Of a DNA stretch of 64,000 nucleotides, positions 35,506 through 48,665 are shown piece after piece; position 1 is the stretch's first letter; each line of letters starts with the position of its first letter. Source of the stretch: Mustelus asterias (taxonomy: Eukaryota). The stretch lies in NCBI RefSeq assembly GCF_964213995.1, contig NW_027590119.1, positions 1,550,001-1,614,000 on the forward strand, in the 5' to 3' direction. Below the pieces are notes generated by a model, which was not told where the DNA came from, made no database searches, and saw only the letters and a list, made by a program, of their open reading frames with translations. Position numbers and translations under genes: made by a program.

Positions 35506-37098
35506 TAGTTGGAGTTAAGAGGATAGGGCCAAGGCAGATAAATCCCCGGGACCAGATGAAGTGTATCCCAGGACATTGTGGGAGGCTAGGGAGGAAATTG
35601 CAGGTCCCCGAGCAGAGATATTTGAATCATCGATAGTCACAGGTGAGGTGCCTGAAGATTGGAGAGTGGCAAATGTTGTGCCTTTGTTTAAAAAGGGCTG
35701 CAGGGAAAAGCCTGGGAACCACAGGCCAGCGAGCCTCACATCTGTGGTGGGTAAGTTGTTGGAAGATATTTTGAGAGACAGGATCTACAGGCATTTAGAG
35801 ACGCAAGGACTGATTAGGGACAGTCAGCATGGCTTTGTGAGTGGAAAATCATGTCTCACAAATTTGATTGAGTTTTTTGAAGGACCAAGAAGGTAGATGA
35901 GGGCAGTGCAGTTGATGTTGTCTACATGGACTTTAGCAAGGCCTTTGACAAGGTACCGCATGGTAGGTTGGTGCATAAGTTTAAATCTCACGGGATCCAG
36001 GCTGAGGTAGCTAAATGGATACAAAATTGGCTTGATGACAGAAGCCGGAAGGTGGTTGTAGAGGGTTGTTTTTCAAACTGGAGGCCTGTGACCAGCGGTG
36101 TGCCTCAGTGATCAGTGCTGGGTCCACTGTTATTTGTCATTTATATTAATGATTTGGATGAGAATATAGGAGGCATGGTTAGTAAGTTTGCAGATGACAC
36201 CAAGATTGGTAGCATAGTGGACAGTGAAGAAGGTTATCTCGGATTGCAATGGGATCTTGATCAATTGGACCAGTGGGCTGACGAATGGCAGATGGAGTTT
36301 AATTTAGGTAAATGCGAGGTGATGCATTTTGGTAGATTGAACCAGGGCAGGACTTACTCAGTTAATGGTAGGGTATTGGAGAGAGTTACAGAACAAAGAG
36401 ATCGAGGGGTACAGGTTCATAGCTTCTTGAAAGTGGAGACACAGGTGGACAGAGTGGTGAAGAAGGCATTCAGCATGCTTGGTTTCAACGGTCAGAACAT
36501 TGAATGCAGAAGCTGGGACGTCTTGTTGAAGTTGTACAAGACATTGGTAAGGCCACACTTGGCATACTGTGTGCAGTTCTGGTCACCCTATTATAGAAAG
36601 GATATTAAACTAGAAAGAGTGCAGAAAAAAATTACTAGGATGCTACCGGGACTTGATGGTTTGAGTTATAAGGAAAGGCTGGATAGACTGGGACTTTTTT
36701 CTCTGGAGTGTAGAAGGCTGAGGGGTGATCTTATAGAGGTCTACAAAATAATGAGGGGCATAGCTCAGCTAGATACTCAATATCTTTCCCAAATGTAGGG
36801 GAGTCTAAAACTGGAGAGCATAGGTTTAAGGTGAGAAGGGAGAGGTACAAAAGGGTCCAGAGGGGCAATTTTTTCACACAGAGGATAATGAGTATCTGGA
36901 ACAAGCTGCCAGAGGTAGTAGTAGAGGCAGGTATAATTCTGTCTTTTAAAAAGCATTTAGACAGTTACATGGTTACAATGGGTATCGAGGGATGTGGGCC
37001 AAATGCAGGCAATTGGGACTAGCTTAGGGGTTTTTAAAAAAAGGGCAGTATGGTCAAGTTGAGCCGAAGGGCCTGTTTCCGTGCTGTAAACCTCTATG
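35506..37098 (+). mobile_element. 5'-truncated CR1 (family E) nested in a SINE
   Basis: RT fragments in ORFs 35561..35896, 35926..36111 and 36115..36798, with frameshifts and a stop. Confidence 0.92.
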
Positions 37099-37539
37099 GA
37101 TTGTGGTCAGTGCAGATTCGATGGGCCGAATGGCCTCCTTCTGCACTGTAGGATTTGATTACTCTATGATTCTATTGATCATAAGTCTGACATGTCTCGG
37201 TCATTCATGTGCACAATATTAATTTACTGTGCCCTTAAATGTCAGCCATCTCCTAGAGAAAACATCCTTTTAATTGTGAACATCAGGAAAGAGACCATGC
37301 TTTGTCCAGACAAATAAATGAGTCAAGCTGAGGGAGGAAAGGATGTCAATATCTTTAAAAAAGAGAGACAGACAGACCTGGGCCAATCTTTCCAGAGTCT
37401 GCAGCCTCCCTGGATTCACTTCCTTTCCCTTCAGTTGCTGCAAGTCCCCAATTTCCTCCAGAATGAGAAAAGAAATGGAAAGGGGGAGAAAAGAAAGTGT
37501 TTTACTCACAGGTGTTGGAGACAGGAGGTTTGAGTCTGT

Positions 37540-37990
37540 CTGAAGCTCAATCTTCCTTCAGACAGAGAGCAGCAGCTTTGTTAGACAGACAATGGAAGCT
37601 CCGCGCAGCCATTGACACAAGGCCCAGACTCTGATTGGCTGGTGGACCAGCGTTCATCCGGTCCTCCAGGCGTTGCCATTGGTCAATCTGCCATGTGGAC
37701 AATGAGGGGGCGGAACCCGAGCCCACGTGGGGGTGGGCGGGGCTTTGACCGCCCGCCGCGCTGAGCTGGTGTCCAATCCGCAGTGTGCTGCTTCTGTAAC
37801 CAGTGATATTGCTGTCAATGGGACAGTGTGTGCTGGGAGCGCCCCTCTGAGTCATTGTGACGGCACAATGGAGCCCTGCCTCAATCACCCAATAGCAATC
37901 ACTCTGCTCCACAGTGACGTTTCCGGGTTCAGGCGCGTGGACCCGCGAGCCCCGCCCCCACCCATTGTGCCCCCAGTCTGTACATTCCAC
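37540..37990. promoter_or_regulatory. CpG-rich promoter region (type 3) upstream of ZNF D
   Basis: Colinear and highly similar to 29400-29860; GC boxes, CCAAT, TGACGTTTCCGG. Confidence 0.65.
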
Positions 37991-38360
37991 ACATTGTTAT
38001 CCATTCGTGGGACATGGGCGTCGCTGCCTGGCCAGCATTTATTGCCCATCCCCAGGTGCCCTTGGAGCACAGTTGAGAATCAGGCTCGGTAAGTATGGGA
38101 GATTTCCTTCCCTAAAGTACATTTTAATGTACTTAGATTTCCAGGAGGCATTTGATAAGGTGCCACATCAAAGGTAATTGCAACAAATAAAAGTTCATGC
38201 TGTGGGGATAACATATTGGCGTGAATAGAAGATTGGCTAGGTAGCAGGAAACACTCGACATATGTAGGTCGTTATCTGGTTGTCAAGATGTAATGAGTGC
38301 TCTTGTCAAAGACTACAGTGCTGGGGCTCCAATGTTTTATAGTTGATATAGACGACTTAC

Positions 38361-40203
38361 AAAGAACAAAGAAAATTACATCACAGGAACAGGCCCTTCG
38401 GCCCTCCAAGCCTGCACTGACCATGCTGCCCGACTTAACTAAAACCCCTACCCTTCCAGGGACCATATCTCTCCATTCACATCCTATTCGTGTATTTGTC
38501 AAGACACCCCTTAAAAGTCACTATTGTATCTGCTTCCACTACCTCCGTCGGCAGCGAGTTCCAGGCACTCACCACCCTCTGTGTAAAAAGACCTGCCTCA
38601 TCCATCTCCTTTAAACCTTGTCCCTCACTCCTTAAACCTATGCCCCCTAGTAATTGGCCCTTCCACCCTGGGAAAAAGCTTCTGACTATCCACTCTCACA
38701 ATCTTGTAGACTTCTATCAGGTTGCCCCTCAACCTCTGTCGTTCCAGTGAGAACAAACTAAGTTTCTCCAACCTCTCCTCATAGCTAATGCTCTCCATGC
38801 AAAGCAACATCCTGGTCATCTTTTCTGTACCTTCTCCAAAGCTTCCACATCCTTCTGGTAGTATGGTGACCAGAATTGAACACTATATTCCAAGTGCGGT
38901 CAAACTAAGGTTCTATAAAGCTGCAACATGACTTGCCAATTTTTAAACTCAATACCCCAGCCAATGAAGGCAAGCATGCCGTATGCCTCCTTGACTACCT
39001 TCTCCACCTGCGTTGTCACTTTCAGTAACCTGTGTACCTGTACACCCAGATCCCTCTGCCTATCAATACTCTTAAGGGTTCTGCCATTTACTGTATATTT
39101 CCTATCTGTATTAGACCTTCCAAAATGCATGACCTCACATTTGTCCAGATTAAACTCCATCTGCCATCTCTCCGCCCAAGTCTCCAACCGATCTATATCC
39201 TGCTGTATCCTCTGATGGTCCTCATCACTATCCGCAAATCCACCAACATTTGTGTCGTCCACAAACTTACTAATGAAACCAGTTACATTTTCCTCCAAAT
39301 TATTTATATATATTACAAACAGCAAAGGTCCCAGCACTGATCCCTGAGGAACACCACTTGTCACAGCCCTCCATTCAGAAATGCACCCTTCCACTGCTAC
39401 CCACTGTCTTCCATGACCGAGCCAGTTTTGTGTCCACCTTGCCAGCTCACCTCTGATCCCATGCAACTTCACCTTCTGCACCAGTCTGCCATGAGGGACC
39501 CTTACTGAAGTCCATGTGGACAACATTCATTGCCCTGCCCTCATCAATCATCTTCATCACTTCCTTGAAAAACTCGATCAAGTTACTGAGACACGACCTC
39601 CCCTTCACAAAGCCATGTTGCCTCTTGCTAATACGTCCACTTATTTCCAAATGAGAATAAATCCTGTCTCGAAGAACCCTCTCCAATAATTTCCCTACCA
39701 CTGATGTATGGCTCACCGACCTGTAATTACCTGGATTATTCTTGCTACCCTTCTTAAACAAAGGAACAACATTGGCTATTCTCCAATCCTCTGGAACCTC
39801 CCCTGCAGCCAGTGAGGATACAAAGATTTCTCTCAAGGCCCCAGCAATTTCCTCCCTTGCCTCTCTCAGTATTCTGGGGTATATCCCTTTAGGCCCTGGG
39901 GACTTGAGTAACTTAATGTTTCTCAAGAACCCCAATACCTCCTCCTTTTTGATCTCAACATGACTCAAACTATCCACACATCCTTTCCCAGACTCATCAT
40001 CCACCAAGTCCTTCTCTTTGGTGAATACGGACGCAAAGTACTCATTTAATACATCGCCATTTCCTCTGGCTCCGCGCATAGATTCCCTCGACTGTCCTTG
40101 AGTGGGCCAACCCTCTCCCTGTTGCTCTTTATATATGTATAAAAAGCCTTGGGATTTTCCTTAATCCTGCTGCCCAATGCTTTCTCGTGACTCCTTTTAG
40201 CCC
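38361..40203 (-). mobile_element. 5'-truncated CR1 inserted in an older plus-strand CR1 (38115-38355, 40205-40940)
   Basis: RT motifs in ORFs 38900..39526 and 39447..40079; TTCTTTG tail at 38361. Confidence 0.9.
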
Positions 40204-41554
40204 TTAGACTTCGGTGAAAGGACTGAGTGGGTGGTTGCTAATTTGGCTAATGGCATAAAGATAGGTGGGAAAGTTGTGAAGATGACATAAGGAGACGACA
40301 AAAATATGTATTTTTATTTCTTTAATTTCTTTTTCTTTCTTTATTGTGTTTCTTCATTTTTCTTCCCCCCTCCCACTCTTTCCCCCTAATTTATTCCCCT
40401 TCCCTTACCTTTTCCTCCCCTTTCCTAAATCTTACCTTGTCCCATTCATTCTCCCCCCCCCCCCCGCCCCCAGATTGGTTTCACCAATATACAGGATATT
40501 GGTGAAACCATCTGGAGTACTGTGTACAGTATGGCTCTCATTTAGGAAAGATGTAAACACATTGGAAACAGCTCAGAGAAGGTTTACTGGACTAATACCT
40601 GAAATGGCTGGTTTGTCTAATGAGGAATGATTGGACAGGCTAGACTTGTATCTACTGGAGTTTAGAAGAGTAAGAGGCGGCTTGATAAAAACAAATAACA
40701 GGAGAACCTCTTCCTCTCAGAGGGTCTGAATGTCTGGAACTCTCTTTCTCAAAGGGCAGTGGACGCAGAGTCTCTGAATCTTTTGAAGGCAGAGCTGGAT
40801 AGATTCTTAATAAGCAAGGGAGCGAAAGGTTATGGGGGGGTCGGTGGGAATGTGAAGCTGAGGTTACAATCAGATCAGCTGTGCACGTATTGAATGGTGG
40901 AGCAGGCTCGAGGGACGTACCCCTGTTCTGAATGTGCATATTCATCTGTTATCACATCCTGTACAATAGATTGTAGCATTTTCCCTCCGGCTGATGTCAG
41001 GCTGATGGGTCTGTGGTTCCCCGTTTTCTCTCTCCCTCCTTAAACAGTGGGGTTTCATTTACCACCTTCCAATCTGCAGCAACCATTCCACAATCTATAG
41101 AATTTGGAAAGATGACCACCAATGTATCCACTATCTCCACAGCCACCTCTTCCAACACTCTGGGATGTAGATCAGCAGCTTTTTGGGGATTTATTCACTT
41201 CCAACCCCATTAATTTCTCCAGTGCTACTTTTTCACGAATACTAATCTCTTTCAGTTCCTCATGCTCACTACTCCCTCTGCATGCTTTGCGAGCCTTCCA
41301 AACATAATTGCGAACAAAATATCTTTAAACTTCCAAACACCCTTTCACTCTGTGATCCTTGAGAAATCCAAAGCCAGATATTCGCAACAAGGTTAAAAGA
41401 TTATCAGCCACTGGAGGCAAAGTGGTGAGTCCGGCCAGTCCAGCAGAAAGAAACCCTCCGACCCTCCCCAGTGACCAACTGTGAGAATGAACAAAATGCA
41501 GTCCTGGATGTAATTGAGAGCAGAAACAATAACAGCAGAATTCAATCCCTGGAA

Positions 41555-42145
41555 TCACATGTGAACTCGCTGGTGTCTCCGCAGGTTGGATAACTGAGTG
41601 AATCCTTTCCCACACTGAGAGCAGGTGAATGGTCTCTCCTTGGTGTGAACTCGCTGGTGTGTCTGAAGAGTGGATAACTGAGCAAATCCCTTCTCGCACT
41701 GAGGGCAGGTGAACGGCCTCTCCCCAGTGTGAAACCGTTGGTGTGTCTTCAGATGGGATAACTGAGTGAACCCATTCCCACACTGAGAGCAGATAAACGG
41801 CCTCTCCCTAGTGTGAACTCGCTGGTGTGTCCGCAGGCTGGATGACTGACTGAATCCCTTCTCGCACTGAGAGCAGATGAATGGTCTCTCCTCATTGTGA
41901 ACTCGCTGGTGTGTCTGCAGGGCGGATGACTGAGTGAATCTCTTCCCACAATGAAAGCAGATGAATGGCCTTTCCTCATTGTGAACTCTCTGGTGTGTCT
42001 GCAGGGTGGATAATCGACTGAATCCATTCCCACACTGAGAACAGGTGAACGGTCTCTCCCCAGTGTGACTGCGTCGATGAGTTTCCAGGTGAGAAGGGTA
42101 TCTAAATCCCTTCCCACAGTCCCCACATTTCCACTGTTTTTCCAT
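41555..42145 (-). CDS. C2H2 zinc-finger gene E (7 fingers)
   Basis: ACCATGG start at 42145 (MEKQWKC); 7 intact fingers; candidate acceptor at 42508; intron and 3' flank paralogous to genes C and D. Confidence 0.88.
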   Translation of the reverse strand: MEKQWKCGDCGKGFRYPSHLETHRRSHTGERPFTCSQCGNGFSRLSTLQTHQRVHNEERPFICFHCGKRFTQSSALQTHQRVHNEERPFICSQCEKGFSQSSSLRTHQRVHTRERPFICSQCGNGFTQLSHLKTHQRFHTGERPFTCPQCEKGFAQLSTLQTHQRVHTKERPFTCSQCGKGFTQLSNLRRHQRVHM

Positions 42146-42796
42146 GGTGCAGGCGTCCTTGTGACTCTCCAGGTCGGACAATCAGTTGAAACCTCATCCA
42201 TACACAGAACACGGGTACAGTCTCTTCCCGCTGTGAATGCTGCGATATATTTTCAGGCTGTGCAACTGAAGCGTTTTCCACACGCAATGCACTGGAACAC
42301 TCTCACCCGGGTGTGTGTCAGATTCGGTGCTTTCCAGTCACACTGATGTTTAAAATCTCCTGAAGCAGACAGAACAGAAAAACATTTCTCCTTCTGGATT
42401 CAAAGGCCAATGATATTCAGGTCCCGTTGAATTGAGTGACTCTGTCAGATGTTGATGTGACATTTGGTCTGAGATTTTTGTCTGTAAATCCTCACCTTCT
42501 AGATATCCTGTAAAAGGAGTTTACAAAAGTCATCACAGTCAATACAGGATAGAAATTCAGAACAGACAATTCTAGTTTCTATGGAACATTCTTTCCTCTC
42601 TCATTCCCCAAAAGCTGTGACTCTCCATCCCACACACTCTCCCTCCATTCTCACTCTGCTGTATCTAATATTCACCCTCCCAATTCTGCTGAAGGTGCTG
42701 ATTGAGGCTGATTGGCAGATCCATGCTCACTGCTTCCTGTCCTGGACACACAGCTGGAAATCTCCATGCAGGCGGCCAGACAGATATATGTCTTTG

Positions 42797-44255
42797 TAGA
42801 GTCATAGAGGAAACAGGCTCTTTGGCCGAACTTGTCCATGCCACCTTTTTTTTTAAACCCCTAAGCTAATCCCAATTGCCCGCATTTGGCCCATATCCCT
42901 CTATACCCATCTTACCCATGTCACTGTCGAAATGCTTTTTAAAAGACAAAATTGTACCCGCCTCTACTACTATCTCTGGCAGCTTGTTCCAGACACTCAC
43001 CACCCTGTGTGAAAAAGTTGCCCCTCTGGACCCTTTTGTATCTCTCCTTCCTCCCCTTAAACCTATGCCCTCTAGTTTTAGACTCCCCTGCCTTTGGGAA
43101 AAGATATTTACGAGCTAGCTGATCTATGTCCCTCATTGTTTTATAGACCTTTATAAGATCACCCGTCAGCCTCCTACGCTCCAGAGAAAAAAGTTTCAGT
43201 CTATCCAGCCTCTCCTTATAATTCAAACCACCAAGTCTGGGTAGCATCCTAGTAAGTATTTTCTACACTCTTTCAAGTTTAATAATATCCTTTCTATAAT
43301 AGGGTGACCAGAACTGTACACAGTATTCCAAGTGTGGCTTTACCAATATCTTGTGCAACTTCAACAAGACATCCCAACTCCCGTATTCATTGTCCTGACC
43401 AATGAAACCAAGCATGCCGAATGCCTTCTTCACCACTCTGTCCACCTGTGACTCCACTTTCAAGGAGCTATGAACCTGTACCCCGAGATCTCTTTGTTCT
43501 GTAACTCTCCCCAACGCCCTACCATTAACTGAGTAAGTCCTGCCCTGGTTCAATCTACCAAAATGCATCACCTTGCCTTTATCTATATTAAACTCCATCT
43601 GCCATTCGTCAGCCCACTGGCCCAATAAATCAAGATCCCATTGCAATCTGAGATAACCTTCTTCACTGTCCACTATGCCACCAATCTTTGTGTCATCTGC
43701 AAACTTACTAACCATGCCTCCTATATTCTCATCCAAATCATTAATATAAATGACAAATAACAGTGGACCCAGCACGGATTCCTGAGGCACACCGCTGGTC
43801 AACCCTCTACAACCACCCTCTGGCTTCTGTCAAGAAGCCAATTTTGTATCCATTTAGCTACCTCACCCTGGGTCCCGTAAGAATTAACCTTATGCAACAA
43901 CCTACCAGGCAGTACCTTGTCAAAGGCCTTGTTAAAGTCCATGTAGACAACATCAACTGCACTGCCCTCATCTACCTTCTTGGTTACCCCTTCAAAAAAC
44001 TCAATCAAATTTGTGAGACATGATTTTCCACTCACAAAACCATGCTGACTGTCCCTAATCAGTACTTGCGTCTCTAAATGCCTGTAGATCCTGTCTCTCA
44101 AAACACCTTCCAACAATTTACCCACCACAGATGTGAGGCTCACCGGCCTGCAGTTCCCAGGCTTTTCCCTGCAGCCCTTTTTAAACAAAGGCACAACATT
44201 TGCCACCCTCCAGTCTTCAGGCACCTCACCTGTGACTCTCGATGATACAAACACC
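42797..44255 (-). mobile_element. 5'-truncated CR1 (family E)
   Basis: RT motifs in ORFs 43799..44254, 43263..43802 and 42939..43247. Confidence 0.92.
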
Positions 44256-44769
44256 TCAGCTATGATTGAACTAAAAATATATTTAATGGATCGGATGGCT
44301 CCAGTTGGTTAAGATACAGGGCGTTGCGATTGATGATGATCTTGAACTTGCTGCCTGTGGGGGTAGTCAAGCAGAGATGATCAATAATTTCTAAATGAGA
44401 TTGGATGGGTGCTGCAGGGTTACAGAATGGGACCCACTCCAGACGGACAGAATTGCTCGACAGACAGTTTATAGTTTATTTTTGATAATTTATTAATTAG
44501 TGTCACAAGGATGCTGACATTAACACTGCAATGAAGTCACTGTGAAAATCATGAAAAACTATGAAATTACTGTGAGAGTCGGTATGGACTCGAGTTATCC
44601 AATGGACTCCTTCTGTGCTGGAATGACTCTATGACTGGAAATATATAACGTAGCTACAGGACTATATTACAAGACTGGAAATAATAAATGCATTTATTAC
44701 AGGACCAGAAGTAAATCTGTCCCATATAACAACACCAGAGACTGTCTCTGCTCAAGTTTAGCTTCTGCT

Positions 44770-45165
44770 CGACTTTAAAAGAGTAAGAGGCAACTTAATT
44801 TAAACCTTCAAGATTCTGAAAGATCTTGGATGTGGAGAGGATGTTTACTCTTATGGGAGAATCTGGGGGTCACTGTTTAACAAACAGTGCTGCCCATTGA
44901 AGACAGAGCTGAGAAGATTTTTTTCACTCAGAGAGTCTTGAATCTTTGGAAGTCCCTTCCTCAAACGTAGAAGTAGAGCCTGATTTCAATAAGGAATTAG
45001 ATACATTTCTTGGGGATCAAGGGATACGGGGGATGGGGGTGGGGGGAGGCGGGATTACGATATTGAATTTGATGATCAGCCGTGACCATAATGAACGGTG
45101 GAGCAAGCTCGAAGGGCCGAGTGGCCTCCTCCCCACTTCTATTTTCTCGTATGTTTCTATGTAAA
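44770..45165 (+). mobile_element. CR1 3' terminal fragment
   Basis: ORF2 end remnants and 3' UTR with GGGCCGAGTGGCC and TTTCTATG tail. Confidence 0.7.
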
Positions 45166-45226
45166 CATGAGGAGCCTGAAGTGTAACCAAATATTTTGCC
45201 ACCGCTTCAGGCAACTTCTCTCACTG

Positions 45227-47040
45227 AAACATAGAATCTAGAAGTGGGAGTAGGTCATTCAGCCCTTCGAGCTTGCTCTGCCATTCATTATGGTCATGGT
45301 TGATCATCAAATTCAATATCCTAATCCCCACCCCCCCACCCCACTCCCGTTCCCCCATATTCCTTGATCTATATTCTGAGGCAGTGAATTCCACACATTC
45401 ATCACGCTCTGGGTGAAGAAATTTCTCCTCACCTCAGTTCTAAAAGGTTTACCCCTTATCCTCAAACTATGACCCCATGTTCTGGACTCCCCCCACCACT
45501 GGGAACATTCTTTCTGAATCTACCCTGTCTAACCCTGTTACAATTTTATAAGTTTCTATGAGATCCCACTCTTCCAAACTCTAGTGAATATAATCTTAAC
45601 CAATTTAGTTTCTCCTCATGTGACAGACTTGCCATCCCAGGAATCAGCCTGGTAAACCTTCGCTGTACTCCCTCTATAACAAGGACATCCTTCCTCAGAT
45701 AAGGACACCAAAACTGTACACAATACTCCAGGTGTGGCCTCACCAACGCCCTATAGAACTGCAGCAAAACATCCCTATCCCTATACTCAAATCCTCTCGC
45801 TATGAAGGCCTACATATCATTTGCCTTCTTTACTGCCTACTGTACCTGCACGCTTACTTTCAGCGACTGATGCACGAGGAATCAAACATCTTGTTGAGTA
45901 TACACCTCCCTCAATTTACACCTATTCAAGTAATAATCTGTCTTCCTATTATTGCTGCCAAAGTGGATAATCTCACATTTATCATCACTATACTGCATCT
46001 GCAATGCTGATGCCCACACACTCAGCCAGTCCCAATCACGCTAAAGCACCTCTGCAGCCTCCTCACAGTTCACCCTCCCACCCAACTTTGTATTATCTGC
46101 AAATTTGGAGATAATACATTCAGTTCCCTCTTCCAAATCATTAATATATAATTTGAAGAGTTGGGGTCCTAGCACAGATCCCTGCCAAACCCCACTAATC
46201 ACTGACTGCCAATCAGAAAAAGACTCATTTATGCCAATGCTTCGCTTCTTATCTGCGAACCAGCTTTCTATCCATCTCAAGACATTCCCTGCAATACCAT
46301 GTCCTTTAACGTTACATAGCAGTCTGTTATGTGAGACCTTGTCGAAAGCCTTCTGAAAGTCTAAATAAACCACATCCACTGGTTCTCCTCGGTCAACTCT
46401 ACTCCTTACATCCTTACAAAATTCCAATAGATTCGTCAAGCATGATTTCCCTTTTGTAAATCCATGCTGTCTTTGTCTGATTATACCACTGCCTTCCAAA
46501 TGCCGAGTTGTGAAATCCTTGATAATAGACACCAGCAACTTCCCCAGTACCAATGTTAGGCTCACTGGTCTATAGTTCCCTGTTTTCTCTCTCCCTCACT
46601 TTTTGAACAGTGGGTTTACATTAGCTACCCTCCAATCTGTAGGAACTATTACCGATTCCAAAGAATTTTGGAAAATAACCACTATTTCCAGGACCACTTC
46701 CTTAAGTACTCTGGGATGAAGATTATCTGGACCTGGAGATTTATCCACCTTCAATCCCATCAATTTCCCCAAAGCCATTTCTCGACAGATGCTGATTTCC
46801 TTCAGCCCCCTCACTAAAACATGTTTCTTTCAGCACTTCTGGTACATTATTCATGTCTTCCTTTGTGAAGCCTGAAGCAAAGTACCAATTTAATCCCTCA
46901 GCCATTTCTTTATTCCCCGTTATGAATTCTCCCATTTCTAACATTCGTTTTTGTCAATCTTCTTCTCTTTACATATCTATAGAAACTTTTACAGTCAGTT
47001 TTTATGTTCCCTGCCAGCTTACTTCCATACTCCAATTTTC
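45227..47040 (-). mobile_element. Degenerate CR1 LINE (related to family C)
   Basis: KSPGPDNLHPRVLKE, DFQKAFDKV, QGSVLGPQLF and RPHLEYCVQFW in reverse ORFs. Confidence 0.9.
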
Positions 47041-47079
47041 CCTGGAGCGGGTGAAGCTGTTTAAAACCTGTTGCTCAAT

Positions 47080-47560
47080 CTGCTGTGCGATCCGGTCACT
47101 AGGACCCGGTTGGGACCATAAAACGCTGAAGCCCCACCCCCTTATTGTTGCGTCATCAAGGCACCAGCGCATGCGCTCCCTGTGAGCTCCCTGCTGAATC
47201 AAGATGGGGGCTGTTAACCTGAGCCTCGTCTCGGGAAAAAGATCCAAAGCTGCAAACACGGGACCTGCGGATTACTATTAGAGGTTTGAGACCTTCACCA
47301 GATATTTAGAAACCCTCTCCGTCCATCTGCCGGTTCCAATCCTCCCTCCATGTATCCGCATCCTTACCGGTTGCTGCTGAGACGAAGGAATGTCTCTCCC
47401 CATTGCCATCATTCACGCTGCGCATGCGCCACACACTGCCTGACTGCGGATGCGCAGCTCTCTCCCGTGCTGTGGATAGGGGACATTCACTACCGCGAGG
47501 AATGGTGGGTAAAGCGCACGCCATCGAGACTCCTCATTTGTTAACGTGAACTTTTCCTGC
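47080..47560. promoter_or_regulatory. Putative bidirectional CpG-island promoter (type 2) between divergent ZNF genes E and F
   Basis: NRF1-type GCGCATGCGC at 47167-47176 and 47419-47429; YY1-like AAGATGG..GTTAAC at 47201, as at 13260. Confidence 0.65.
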
Positions 47561-48440
47561 TGCGATGTGAAAATTAGGGATAGTGGTGCAGTCATTAGGA
47601 ATCAAATTATACTGTAACCTAAGTACTCAAGGCATTCATTATCCACCAAAAAGTAAGGGAATGGAAATTCCCGACCAAAATATCTGAAATTGATACATAA
47701 TAACATAATAAGGGGGAAGTCGATCTGTATCTTTAATGAACATCAACGCGCAAAAATGGAACTTGATGACTTTTAAACAGCTTGCCCTTTTGACATAGAA
47801 GTGTCATAATGGGAAATGTGTGTGATGGATAGAGCTGTTTCTGGGGCACAGGGGATTGTGGGATTCACGGCCCCATAAAACAGCAGCTATTAGTATGTGT
47901 TTCATTAGAGGAGCGTCAGTGACTGCAAACATTAACTCTGCTTCTGTCTCCATAGGTGCTGTCTAACCTGATGAGTATTTACAACGTTTTCTCTTTTCAT
48001 TTCAGATTTCCAGCAGCTGCAGTGTTTCGATTTTGTTTAGTTGAAGGCGTTGCTCACACAACCGAGTCAAGAAACAAATGGACCATTTAAAGCTGTGTTT
48101 CAAGTAAGGAAAAAGTAGTTCTGTCGGGGATTTTCATTGAATTTACATTTAGAAGAATTTCAAATTTTTCATTGGGAAGTGATTCAGTCGTACATCCACA
48201 CTGCTAAGGCACCAGCGAGTTCACAAGTAACCGGAACATGTACATAACTAGAATTACCAGCAATTGGCTAAACCTCCTTTGACAGCACCTTCTCCAACAT
48301 GGATAAGGGCAGTTTATGCATAGAAACCCCACTACCTGCATTTACTCTTCAGAATCACGCACTATTTTGACTTGGTAGTTTACTGCTCTGCCTTCATAAT
48401 CACTCAGCCAAAATCCTAAAACTTATTTCCGAGCAACACG

Positions 48441-48665
48441 GTACGGTGGCACAGGGTGGCACAGTGGTCAGCACTCCTGTCTCACAGCACCAGGGACCCA
48501 GGTTTGATTCCAGCTTTGGGTGACTGTGTGGAGTTTGCACGTTCTCTCTGTGACTGCATGAGTTTCCTTCAGGTGCTCTGGTTTCCTCCCACACCCCAAA
48601 GGTGTACAGGTTAGGTGGATTGGCTATGCTAAATTGCCCCTTAAATGCAGGGGGATGCAGGTTAC
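48441..48665 (+). mobile_element. HE1/V-SINE-like SINE, 3'-truncated
   Basis: GGTGGCACAGTGG A box, degenerate B box, V-domain-like core. Confidence 0.85.
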
